IMG/VR virus record: IMGVR_UViG_3300019458_000020
Location: 1-64,000 of that record
Reading direction: 5' to 3' (one strand)
Length of the DNA: 64,000 bases
Shown here: in pieces, positions 1 to 8,886 of the stretch
Layout of the letters: each line of letters begins with the position of its first letter
Numbering within the stretch: position 1 is the first letter of the stretch
The notes under the pieces: model-generated
What the model was told of the DNA's origin: nothing
Seen by the model: only the letters and a program-made list of their open reading frames with translations
The model's database searches: none
Program-made: the position numbers and the translations under genes

Positions 1-165
1 ATTAATAAAGACACTAAAAAATCATTCGGAGAATTATACAGAGATACTATATTAAAACTTGAAAAATTAAAATCAATGGGTTACAATGTAAAATACATTT
101 GGGAAAATGATTGGAAAAAATTTCAGTGTGGAATAGATAAAAAGATTAAAATACAGAATATTTAA
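1..165 (+). CDS. 3' end of a truncated ORF, probably a Vsr/PD-(D/E)xK-type homing endonuclease
   Basis: Frame 1 is open from base 1 to TAA at 163-165: INKDTKKSFGELYRDTILKLEKLKSMGYNVKYIWENDWKK. The G-Y-x-V-x-x-I-W-E-x-D-W tail is typical of phage Vsr-like endonucleases. Not in the ORF track. Confidence 0.6.
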   Translation: MNKDTKKSFGELYRDTILKLEKLKSMGYNVKYIWENDWKKFQCGIDKKIKIQNI

Positions 166-166
166 A

Positions 167-901
167 ATGAAAATACTGGCATCTACGCTCAATCATAATT
201 TACCGGAGCTAACAGACAACTTGACAGAACAACTTAGACGTTCAAAATTTACTGATTATGAATTGATGATTGTAGATAATGGCTCTAAGGAACCGTTGGC
301 TAAATCCACGACTCATGTTTCTCCTGAGAATACTTTCTTCGGTGGAGGAGTAAATCTTATTCTGGATTACTTTCTTAATGATACCAACCATGAATATCTA
401 TACATTTTCAATAACGATTTGATATTTCATGGACATGGATTCCTAGAACAATCCGTTAGAGAAATGGAGGCTGCTGGTGCAGACGTTTATTCACCATCAG
501 TAATCAATATGTCTCTTGACCAATGTGCATGGAAACAAATGCATTGTTGGGGAACGGGAGGAACAAGAGAAGTGAAGTGGATAGATTTTCAATGTCCAAT
601 ATTAAGTAGAAGATTGTGTCAACACATAAAAAGTTACCCTGACCAACTTGTGTATGGATGGGGTGTGGATTTTTATACCGGAATGGTGTGTCAACAATTG
701 GGATTCAAAACCGTCGTGTCTGATGCCAATTCTATAGGTCATTTAAATTCCCAAACTTTAAAACTTAATAAGGTAAACATCGGATTAAATGATTTTTGTC
801 AACGTGCCGACGCAAATATGTTTGCATTTTTTAACAGTCAACCAGAACTTACCTCACTATTTCATCATTACAGAGAGTGGGCTAAAAATTATACATTATG
901 A
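167..901 (+). CDS. Glycosyltransferase, GT-A fold (GT2-like)
   Basis: IVDNGS, N-x-F-F-G-G-G-V-N, IFNND (DxD-like) and YGWGVD motifs; first gene of a translationally coupled run. Confidence 0.7.
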   Translation: MKILASTLNHNLPELTDNLTEQLRRSKFTDYELMIVDNGSKEPLAKSTTHVSPENTFFGGGVNLILDYFLNDTNHEYLYIFNNDLIFHGHGFLEQSVREMEAAGADVYSPSVINMSLDQCAWKQMHCWGTGGTREVKWIDFQCPILSRRLCQHIKSYPDQLVYGWGVDFYTGMVCQQLGFKTVVSDANSIGHLNSQTLKLNKVNIGLNDFCQRADANMFAFFNSQPELTSLFHHYREWAKNYTL

Positions 902-1530
902 AATTACTTACCGAAATAGCTAGAAATCACAAAACTGATAAAGGAGAAGAAGGACACGTTTATACCGAAGTCTATGATGATTATCTTTTACCAATAAGAT
1001 TAAAGGAGATGAATTTTCTTGAAATAGGTGTATTCGACGGAGAATCTATGAGAATGTGGAAAGAATATTTGCCTAATGCGAATATTATTGGTTTGGATAT
1101 TAATCCTGAATGTAAGAAACATGAAGGAGAGAAAAACAAAGTTTATATAGGTTCTCAAGTAGATGAAATGGTTTTATGGAAGATTTTTAATGAAAACAAA
1201 CCCATTTCAGTTGTAATTGATGATGGAAGTCATCGATGGGATCACGTTATTAGAACTTTTGATATGGTATTTCCTTTATTGGCACCAGGCGGCTTATACT
1301 TTGTTGAAGATTTACATACTTCTTACGCAGGCGACCCTTGGGCCGCAGGTTCAGAGACGGCTATCAATTATCTGAAGGGATTAATTGATGATGTTAATCT
1401 TCGTGGTAAATCTTTTATGGGATTGAAGGAAGTTGCCGGAAAACCATTATCATACAATGAACGTTGTATTGAGTGGGTTCATAATTACAAAAGCCTAATG
1501 GTTATTAAGAAGCGTCAAGAATCACTATGA
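898..1530 (+). CDS. Class I SAM-dependent methyltransferase, MycE/TylE-like sugar O-methyltransferase
   Basis: TDK..H.Y...Y, LEIGVFDGES.RMWKEY, GLDIN, IDDGSH, LAPGGLYFVEDL. Confidence 0.8.
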   Translation: MKLLTEIARNHKTDKGEEGHVYTEVYDDYLLPIRLKEMNFLEIGVFDGESMRMWKEYLPNANIIGLDINPECKKHEGEKNKVYIGSQVDEMVLWKIFNENKPISVVIDDGSHRWDHVIRTFDMVFPLLAPGGLYFVEDLHTSYAGDPWAAGSETAINYLKGLIDDVNLRGKSFMGLKEVAGKPLSYNERCIEWVHNYKSLMVIKKRQESL

Positions 1531-2351
1531 TAAGTTGTGAATTCCACGGAAGACTAGGAAACAATATGTTTCAAGTCGCTGCGGCCGCGGCTTTAGCAAA
1601 AAAAGTCAATGTGGAATTTTCTGTACCAAAATACATGTTAGCAGGTCATAGAGGATCACTTCCATCCGACCTTAATGGTTTTGATTATCCATATAATTAT
1701 CACAATGATTCTGATGTAGAACATCATGAAAAAATCGGAGAGAAGGATTCCAAATTTACTGATTTGCCTATAAGGGATAACATCAAACTTTGTGGATTTT
1801 TTCAATCCAGCAAGTATTTTGATGATATTCGTGAAGAGTTGATTCAAAAATATTTTAAACCAGCAGATTGGGTATTGAAACTCTCGGAGAAATATAAAGT
1901 AAGTGATAAAAGTCTCGGAGTATGTGTAAGACGAGGCGATTATTTGATGTTACAACACAATCATTGTGTATTATCTCCAGAATTTTACCAAAATACCTGT
2001 TCTGATGTTGTTTCTAATGAGAGTATTGATTCGGTATATGTATTTTCCGATGATTTTGATTGGTGTGCTGATGTATTTAGTGAAATATCGCCCATATTTG
2101 TCAAGGATGATAAGTTTGTTCAAATGTATTTAATGACACAAATGAAACATATCATACTGGCTAACTCGACCTTTTCTTGGTGGGGTGCCTATCTCAACAA
2201 TAAAGGAGGTCGAATTTATTTTCCCGACCCTTGGTATGGCCCGGCCAACGATAATATAGATGTCAGTGGTTTGATTCTTCCTAATTGGAGAGTAACTAAA
2301 CACGAAAGAACAATTCAATCATATCTGCAACACGAAGCATTGAAAGGATAA
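1527..2351 (+). CDS. Glycosyltransferase family 11 (alpha-1,2-fucosyltransferase-like)
   Basis: GRLGNNMFQ, GFFQS.KYF, VRRGDY, VFSDD and IILANSTFSWWGAYL are GT11 motifs. Confidence 0.9.
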   Translation: MISCEFHGRLGNNMFQVAAAAALAKKVNVEFSVPKYMLAGHRGSLPSDLNGFDYPYNYHNDSDVEHHEKIGEKDSKFTDLPIRDNIKLCGFFQSSKYFDDIREELIQKYFKPADWVLKLSEKYKVSDKSLGVCVRRGDYLMLQHNHCVLSPEFYQNTCSDVVSNESIDSVYVFSDDFDWCADVFSEISPIFVKDDKFVQMYLMTQMKHIILANSTFSWWGAYLNNKGGRIYFPDPWYGPANDNIDVSGLILPNWRVTKHERTIQSYLQHEALKG

Positions 2352-3062
2352 ATGAAATTAGCAATATGTCTATCCGGCCAACCAAGATTGTTTGATGTCG
2401 CCTACGAATCGTTAAAGCGATTTTACTTTCCAAAGTATGAGTGTGATGTATTCATTCACACATGGAAGGATTCGAACTATAATTCTCAGTTCTCAAATAA
2501 AGTCGTCTCGAATTCCGAAGACCTTCATGGAAATTATATCAAACTGTTCAAACCTAAAAAGGTTATGATAGAAGACCAGATTGTATTCGATAAGACCGGT
2601 ATCTCAGACCCTATATGGGGATGTAAGTTAAATTCGGTATTATCTATGTTTTACTCTGTTCAATTGTCCAACAAACTAAAATGTAAATTTGAACGAGAGA
2701 ATGATTTCAAATATGATTACGTAATGAGAATTAGAACGGATTTGTCATTACACCGACCAATTATTCCGGAAGAAATTCTTCCAAAACACATTGGTTTATT
2801 TAATTGGACTCAGGATTCCGAATATAATGAAAGAGGATTTTCGGATGTATTCTCTGTCGGACCATCAGATTTAATGGATGTATATTCTAATGCTTTTGAT
2901 TCCTTACATCACTATCTATATACGGATAATACATGGAATTTTCATGATTCCAGATTAAGAAACGAATATTTGTTACGAAGACATTTAGAAGTGAATCAAA
3001 TCTCCGTTCAACGATTTCATCATTTAGATGCACAAGACCCTAGTTTCGGAATAGTAAGATGA
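2352..3062 (+). CDS. Putative glycosyltransferase-like protein of viral glycan clusters
   Basis: MKLAICLSGQPR, DVFIHTW, SMFYS, YDYVMRIRTD and SDVF pattern; lies within the GT operon. Confidence 0.55.
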   Translation: MKLAICLSGQPRLFDVAYESLKRFYFPKYECDVFIHTWKDSNYNSQFSNKVVSNSEDLHGNYIKLFKPKKVMIEDQIVFDKTGISDPIWGCKLNSVLSMFYSVQLSNKLKCKFERENDFKYDYVMRIRTDLSLHRPIIPEEILPKHIGLFNWTQDSEYNERGFSDVFSVGPSDLMDVYSNAFDSLHHYLYTDNTWNFHDSRLRNEYLLRRHLEVNQISVQRFHHLDAQDPSFGIVR

Positions 3063-3979
3063 AAACAGACATTATAATTCACGTTTTGCCGTTTGAGATT
3101 GATAGATTTGAATATCAAATACTAGAACTAAAAAAGTGCAGTTCCTTATTGAATACTGACGACCAAATAATTATTGATGCAACATTGAATATCAATGATA
3201 TGTTAATCGATTGGAAAAATTCATCCATTCCTAAAGATTTCTTTATTGACCGATTTCTTCATCTCAAAAATCTATGTGATTACGCCGAATGTGTATTTGA
3301 TGTGGATGATAAGGAAAAATGTCTAGGTATAAACGCCAAGAGAAGAAACAGTATTAGGGAACGAGCAGACAAGTGTGACTCGTTTTTGTATCTGGATAAC
3401 GATATGGTCTATCCACATCATGCTTTAAGATATGCATTAGATGCAGCAAAATTGGTAAATACAGAATATTACCTTATCTCTCCACAATCCACCCAACTAT
3501 GGGATGATTCGTGGAAGGTATTGGTCAATGATTCATATTCGAATGTAGGATGTGATAAAATCACAGAACAGAATCCATTTGAAGTCTGTTCAAGAGTATA
3601 TGGAGATATTGAAGTTGTTCCTGTAGATGGATTCAAATTCGGTGGTGGATGGTTTAATTTATTTTCATCCAAACTATTATCTTATACCGATATTCCTGAT
3701 GAATTGGGAGGATATGGATTAGATGATATGTATGTTATGCAGGCGTGCCAAATTATGAAAAGCTTCGGTATGCCCGTTCAACAGTATATATTAAAAAATC
3801 TTGTGGTAACGCAAAATTACCGTTATGGTTATCACATGCAGGATGTGTATAAGAAGTTTATACCATTCATAAATAAGAAAGAAATGTTCATAACCAATGC
3901 AAAGAACCATTATCAAATGGTGATTCAAAGATTTTGGGAGAAATGTAAACATGATATCATTCATAATCCCTACTCGTAA
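3059..3979 (+). CDS. Putative GT-A fold glycosyltransferase
   Basis: FLYLDND (DxD), GGGWFNL and GGYGLDD acceptor-site-like motif; operon context. Confidence 0.55.
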   Translation: MKTDIIIHVLPFEIDRFEYQILELKKCSSLLNTDDQIIIDATLNINDMLIDWKNSSIPKDFFIDRFLHLKNLCDYAECVFDVDDKEKCLGINAKRRNSIRERADKCDSFLYLDNDMVYPHHALRYALDAAKLVNTEYYLISPQSTQLWDDSWKVLVNDSYSNVGCDKITEQNPFEVCSRVYGDIEVVPVDGFKFGGGWFNLFSSKLLSYTDIPDELGGYGLDDMYVMQACQIMKSFGMPVQQYILKNLVVTQNYRYGYHMQDVYKKFIPFINKKEMFITNAKNHYQMVIQRFWEKCKHDIIHNPYS

Positions 3980-5195
3980 TAATTTGCCTTACGTAAAGAC
4001 GGCAATTTCTAGCATTCGAAAATTTTATTTGGGTGCAGAAATCGTATTATTAGATGACAACTCTACCGATGGAACTGATAAATGGGTTAGCGAAACTTAC
4101 GACCCACATCTTACATATTATAAAAACGAAGGCAGACAAGTGGGACACACCGTTCTCTATGATATCGGTATTAAAATGTGTAAACATGAAATCTTCTCAA
4201 TATTTCATGCCGATATGATTTGTGGGCCTAATTATGTTGAAAATCTTCTTAAACATTTGAAGCCAGAAGGTGTAATTTCAGCAACAAGAATAGAACCACC
4301 GTTACATCCTCCCGGAAAAGAAAAAATTGTGATGGATTTCGGCATGTATCCCGGGGATTTTAAACAATCCGAGTTTATTACATTTTGTCGTGATTCCCAA
4401 GAGAATTCGTCTAATAAGGATGTAACGACAAGGGGTATATTCGCACCGTGGGCAATGTATAAAGAAGATTTCCTAAAAATCGGCGGGCATGATTCTTTGT
4501 TTTCTCCATTCCCATACGAAGATTCCGATATATTTCAACGTTTTATTTTAGCCGGATACAATATCAAACAAAGTCGTGATTCTTTTGTTTATCATTTTAC
4601 ATGTCGTGGACACAGATGGACAGAACAAGTTCAAAAAGATGATAACTTCTATAAGTTATGTTGTGCAAAAAACATGAATCACTTTATACGAAAGTGGGGA
4701 AGCTGGATAGAAAACGACGAGTTATGTTATCCAGTTATCAAACCATTCTACAACATCGGATTTGTGGTTACAAATTGCAATCTCCAATTACTCGGTGCAT
4801 TGGAACCTTGGTGTTCTACCATCTCATGTGATTGTCCAGAATGGGAATCTTACATCAAACAAGTTCAATCAGGAACTCCATTCGACTTAAAAAAGAGGGT
4901 GTTTTATAGGTCGGCTGAAATCAAGAATGACATAATTGTTCATTTTGATGCTTCGCAGTTGACACAAGAAAGATTCACATTCCTTACTCAATTACCAAAA
5001 ATACTTTTGGATAGTGGAGATTTGGGAGAAATGAAATTCGACATATTTACGTTCTTCATAAAGAGAATGCCAAGGTTGGAGTCATTGTTGATTCACAATA
5101 ACAATGAACTCTATCGTTCACGATTAATTGAAATTCCGGTGACCGACGAATATTACACCAACGAATTATTTAGAGTCTTTCAAAATACCAAGTAA
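3951..5195 (+). CDS. Glycosyltransferase family 2
   Basis: ISFIIPTRN, LLDDNSTDGT, HADM, IGGHD..F....EDSD...R, VYHF. Confidence 0.85.
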   Translation: MISFIIPTRNNLPYVKTAISSIRKFYLGAEIVLLDDNSTDGTDKWVSETYDPHLTYYKNEGRQVGHTVLYDIGIKMCKHEIFSIFHADMICGPNYVENLLKHLKPEGVISATRIEPPLHPPGKEKIVMDFGMYPGDFKQSEFITFCRDSQENSSNKDVTTRGIFAPWAMYKEDFLKIGGHDSLFSPFPYEDSDIFQRFILAGYNIKQSRDSFVYHFTCRGHRWTEQVQKDDNFYKLCCAKNMNHFIRKWGSWIENDELCYPVIKPFYNIGFVVTNCNLQLLGALEPWCSTISCDCPEWESYIKQVQSGTPFDLKKRVFYRSAEIKNDIIVHFDASQLTQERFTFLTQLPKILLDSGDLGEMKFDIFTFFIKRMPRLESLLIHNNNELYRSRLIEIPVTDEYYTNELFRVFQNTK

Positions 5196-6135
5196 CGGTG
5201 TCTTTTAAAGCTTTGTCGAATGGTGTGTGTTCAATCTTACCAAACGTGTGTTCAAAATCTGTGGTGTCGATTGCATATCTAAAATCGTGACCTTTTCTAT
5301 CTTCTACGAATTGTATTGATTTTTCTGGGTCTTTATTACACAATACACAGAGTTTTTTGACCAGGTCAAGATTTCGGATTTCATTATTTCCACCAATCAA
5401 ATACTGGCCTCCTGGCTGTCCACGTTTTACAACTTCCCAAACACACTTACAATGGTCATCGACGTAAATCCAATCTCGAATGTTTGTTCCTATTCCATAA
5501 ACAGGAACCGGTTCGTCGTTCTTCAGCTTCTTAATTGCTAGAGGAATAAGTTTTTCTGGATATTGTCTTGGACCAAAGTTATTTGAACAGTTGGTTATCA
5601 TGACAGGAAAATTGTGTGTTCTATAGAATGATTTACACAATAAATCCGATGACGCCTTCGAAGCGGCATACGGTGAATTTGGATGGTATGGAGAACGTTT
5701 TGTAAATGGCAAATCACCATCACCTAAATCACCAAACACTTCATCGGTGGAAATGTGAATGAATCTTACATCTGTTCTTCCTTTCCATAATTCCAAGAAA
5801 GTATTCAATAGAGTGAAGGTTCCGTTGATATTGGTTGTAATGAACGATTGGCCGGATTCTATCGACCTATCCACATGTGATTCAGCAGCAAAATGAACAA
5901 TTGTGTCGATGTTATATCGTTCGTATATTGTCTTCAGAAGAGATACGTCATTTATGTCTCCTTTGTAAAACTCATATCTATTACGAAGAACAAAATAGTC
6001 AGGTAAATTTTTGTGGCTTGCTGCGTAGGTGCATAAGTCAAGATTCACCACTAATTCCACTTCATCCTTTTTGGCCAAGAGATGAATAAAATTGCTACCG
6101 ATAAAACCAAGTCCCCCCGTGCAAAGTATTCTCAT
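5170..6135 (-). CDS. rmlB: dTDP-glucose 4,6-dehydratase
   Basis: TGGLGFIGSNF, HFAAESHVDRSI, HISTDEVFG, SPYAASKASSD, NNFGPRQYPEKLIP, DRKGHDFRYA. Confidence 0.95.
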   Translation of the reverse strand: MRILCTGGLGFIGSNFIHLLAKKDEVELVVNLDLCTYAASHKNLPDYFVLRNRYEFYKGDINDVSLLKTIYERYNIDTIVHFAAESHVDRSIESGQSFITTNINGTFTLLNTFLELWKGRTDVRFIHISTDEVFGDLGDGDLPFTKRSPYHPNSPYAASKASSDLLCKSFYRTHNFPVMITNCSNNFGPRQYPEKLIPLAIKKLKNDEPVPVYGIGTNIRDWIYVDDHCKCVWEVVKRGQPGGQYLIGGNNEIRNLDLVKKLCVLCNKDPEKSIQFVEDRKGHDFRYAIDTTDFEHTFGKIEHTPFDKALKDTVTWYFERL

Positions 6136-6335
6136 ATATTTTTAAATTCTTTTCTAAGTTGTTTAATAGATTTATTGAATTTTGCGTTGCACTTTTGTGA
6201 ACAAAATTTAGTTTTTATTATATTTTCTGTTCCTTCTTTTTTGAATAATTTTTCACAAAAATCACATCGAATCGAAAAAATAAACACATCAGTATTTATT
6301 TGACTCTTTCTTAGGAATATCTTATTCAGTATCAT
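6132..6335 (-). CDS. Small CxxC...FCSxxC zinc-finger protein, possibly a homing endonuclease remnant
   Basis: CDFC-x15-FCSQKC; its stop overlaps the rmlB start (ATGA). Confidence 0.5.
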   Translation of the reverse strand: MILNKIFLRKSQINTDVFIFSIRCDFCEKLFKKEGTENIIKTKFCSQKCNAKFNKSIKQLRKEFKNI

Positions 6336-6402
6336 CCATCATACATATCATTTTAAATTCCGACCCACCAATAATAAAAATACGCTTGTATCATACAATT
6401 TC

Positions 6403-6410
6403 TATTTATT
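6403..6410 (+). promoter_or_regulatory. TATTTATW putative late promoter
   Basis: TATTTATT 5 nt before ATG 6416; the motif recurs before many genes in this window. Confidence 0.55.
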
Positions 6411-6415
6411 GCAAT

Positions 6416-6763
6416 ATGACACTGTTATTAATTTTATCCTGTTTTATCGCAATATTTTTACTTGCTTGGTTCAAATCCGATTTCATTATTGAATACGGAA
6501 AGTTACTGGGATTATCCAAGTTATTAAAACTTCGTGAATATAAAATGAAAAAATTGGAACATGCTAATCCCGTTCCAACATATACTCAATTCTTGAGAAT
6601 GACTTATGATAACTTCTTCGTTAAATTGATTACTTGTCCTATTTGCTTAGCCATTTGGTTATCAATCATCGTAGGAATATTCTATCATCTATCTACTTTT
6701 ATTCCTGTCATTTGTATAATGTCTTTGATATTTTACGGAATTTGTAGAAAACTATTAACTTAA
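6416..6763 (+). CDS. DUF1360-like membrane protein
   Basis: Hydrophobic segments with LITCPICLAIWLS. Start moved from TTG 6386 to ATG 6416 because of the upstream TATTTATT. Confidence 0.6.
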   Translation: MTLLLILSCFIAIFLLAWFKSDFIIEYGKLLGLSKLLKLREYKMKKLEHANPVPTYTQFLRMTYDNFFVKLITCPICLAIWLSIIVGIFYHLSTFIPVICIMSLIFYGICRKLLT

Positions 6764-6764
6764 T

Positions 6765-7055
6765 ATGGATGTCCGTGGCGTTGGTGCGTTCTTTTATTTT
6801 TTAACCAGCAATGGATTAAATGGAGTGAGTCCAGATACGAACGCATTTATAGTATGTGTTGAAGAATATAGCCGTCTTTGTGCATGTGACAGTCCTGAAT
6901 TTAGAGAGTCTAAACAAAATAATTGTAGAGCACTCTACGAAACATGTATATCTCGGTCGGATGGATTAAAATCTATATTCTTATCCAAGACACAAGGAAA
7001 CAGGATTACTTTTTATTCCGACCACGGAAAAATACTAAAAACTTTTTCTCGTTAA
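6765..7055 (+). CDS. Hypothetical protein (Cys-containing)
   Basis: 96-aa ORF starting 1 nt after the previous stop. Confidence 0.55.
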   Translation: MDVRGVGAFFYFLTSNGLNGVSPDTNAFIVCVEEYSRLCACDSPEFRESKQNNCRALYETCISRSDGLKSIFLSKTQGNRITFYSDHGKILKTFSR

Positions 7056-7321
7056 TTTCCGTCTTCTGGTTTAACATCAAATATATCCGATGGAAGTTCG
7101 GAACCATCAGGTAGATGCAATTTTCCATTTTTCAATTGTTCCTTGCCAGCTTCAAGTGTTCCTAAAACTACAGCCGCACCTGGGTCATGAGTCATATAAG
7201 ATAAGAAAGTAAGAAGGTCATAATCTACCTTTTCTCCATTATGAAACATAACTAATACTTCACAATCATCCATATCTTCGGGATAACGTGTTAATGCTTT
7301 TTTAAGATAACCTAATTTCAT
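7052..7321 (-). CDS. Hypothetical protein
   Basis: 89-aa ORF tightly packed in the minus-strand operon. Confidence 0.6.
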   Translation of the reverse strand: MKLGYLKKALTRYPEDMDDCEVLVMFHNGEKVDYDLLTFLSYMTHDPGAAVVLGTLEAGKEQLKNGKLHLPDGSELPSDIFDVKPEDGN

Positions 7322-7322
7322 A

Positions 7323-7589
7323 TTATTCGTATTTCTTTGTTTCGCCTTGTTTGAAATTTTTGAACATGACTTTCCCTTCTGCGGCTAAAATCAACATTTC
7401 ATCCAGTTCTTGAATTAAATCATTCCTTTGTATATTCAAGATATTAGTTTTCCTCGTTGCATCAGCCACATCTTTGTCTGTCTTTGACTTATCTCTCTTC
7501 AATTCTTCGAGATGCCAAATTTTTAGGTTTACTATTCCGAGTTGGTCTATTAAATTCCCGAATGATACATTCATAGTTTTTCTTTCCAT
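7323..7589 (-). CDS. DUF4254-like helical protein
   Basis: GNLIDQL.I.NLKIWHLEE..R and N.QRNDLI.ELD pattern; this family is often found beside glycan genes. Confidence 0.6.
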   Translation of the reverse strand: MERKTMNVSFGNLIDQLGIVNLKIWHLEELKRDKSKTDKDVADATRKTNILNIQRNDLIQELDEMLILAAEGKVMFKNFKQGETKKYE

Positions 7590-7655
7590 ATACCGAAATA
7601 ATTTGTCTCGGAATATAATTTGTTATCTACTCTAAAAATCCCATATATTAATTTT

Positions 7656-8885
7656 TTAATCATTTCCAATGACTTTAAATTGTGGGCATGGAACAATAAA
7701 TTTACCACCAGCTTTTATGTAATCTGATTCTCTTTTTATAAATTCCGACAAAAAATGCCACGGGAGTATAAGTAAATAATCAGGTTTAGCTTTTCTCATT
7801 TCATCTTCCGAAAAAATTGGTATATTGGTTCCAACCGTCTTCAACCCCCACTTATACGGGCTTCTTTCGGCCATACCATCAATCAGTGTATGATCCAAAC
7901 CAAAATATTGTAACAACGTGTTTCCCTTGGTAGATGCACCATATCCCCACACCGTCTTTCCGTTAACTTTTTCAGTTTTAACAAAATCAACAACTTGTTT
8001 CTTTAGATTTTCTATTTTGTAATAGAAACTTTCCCAAACAACTAATTGTTTATCACCGACATGTCCATTGATCTTTTCATGAAACAACAGAGACTCCATT
8101 CTGAAAAGACAAACGTCTCTGTATGGTTGAGTTGAAAAGTTTTCTGTTTTAAACGTATCCTTTACAACGTATATTCTGAACGACCCACCATTTACATCGT
8201 TCAATTGACAATCTATAACTCTAAATCCATTTGACTCAAGAAGGTTTTTCATATTAGTCAATGTATAGTAGTAAATGTGTTCGTGACAAATGTTATCAAC
8301 TGCCACTTGATGAATCATAAGTGGTGTGTAACTCAATTGCAAAACAAACAGACCATCATCATCCATAACGTTATATACATCTTGTAAAAATGGATTTGGA
8401 TTATCCAAATCATAAAACATTGCTATACACGTCACTACTTTTGCTTTAAGATGGCCGAATTTTTGACTTCTATATGCTTTTTCACTAAAGTAATCTTGAA
8501 CAATAACATTTGCGTGGGTTTCGGATTCTTTCTTAAATGTATCATCGGCGGGGTCTATTCCGATTCGGATTATATTATCATCCAAAAAGCTTAAAAGAGT
8601 CCCATCGTTACAAGCAATATCCAACCATACATCATTTTCTTTTAGATTAACTAAACCACAAATCGAATGAACTATAGACTTTAGTTCATTTTTCATGGTG
8701 GCATTAATTCCGGAACGATACCAGTATCTTCCATACATAGTATCCAATGGTGCAGGCTTTTCTAGTCTGACCGCCCCTAAATTATTATCATAAACAAGTT
8801 TTATTTCTTGTTTAGGATGTGCTGTTTGACCTTCTTTAATAAAGTCAGACACATGTAATTCTCCGAGTGTAAATAATTCTTTCAT
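7656..8885 (-). CDS. NDP-hexose C3-methyltransferase (NovU/TcaB9-like)
   Basis: YWYRSG, LDIACNDGTLL, IGIDP, ICHEHIYYY, NGGSFR, WGYGASTKGNTLLQY, LILPWHF, GGKFIVP.P. Confidence 0.85.
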   Translation of the reverse strand: MKELFTLGELHVSDFIKEGQTAHPKQEIKLVYDNNLGAVRLEKPAPLDTMYGRYWYRSGINATMKNELKSIVHSICGLVNLKENDVWLDIACNDGTLLSFLDDNIIRIGIDPADDTFKKESETHANVIVQDYFSEKAYRSQKFGHLKAKVVTCIAMFYDLDNPNPFLQDVYNVMDDDGLFVLQLSYTPLMIHQVAVDNICHEHIYYYTLTNMKNLLESNGFRVIDCQLNDVNGGSFRIYVVKDTFKTENFSTQPYRDVCLFRMESLLFHEKINGHVGDKQLVVWESFYYKIENLKKQVVDFVKTEKVNGKTVWGYGASTKGNTLLQYFGLDHTLIDGMAERSPYKWGLKTVGTNIPIFSEDEMRKAKPDYLLILPWHFLSEFIKRESDYIKAGGKFIVPCPQFKVIGND

Positions 8886-8886
8886 A

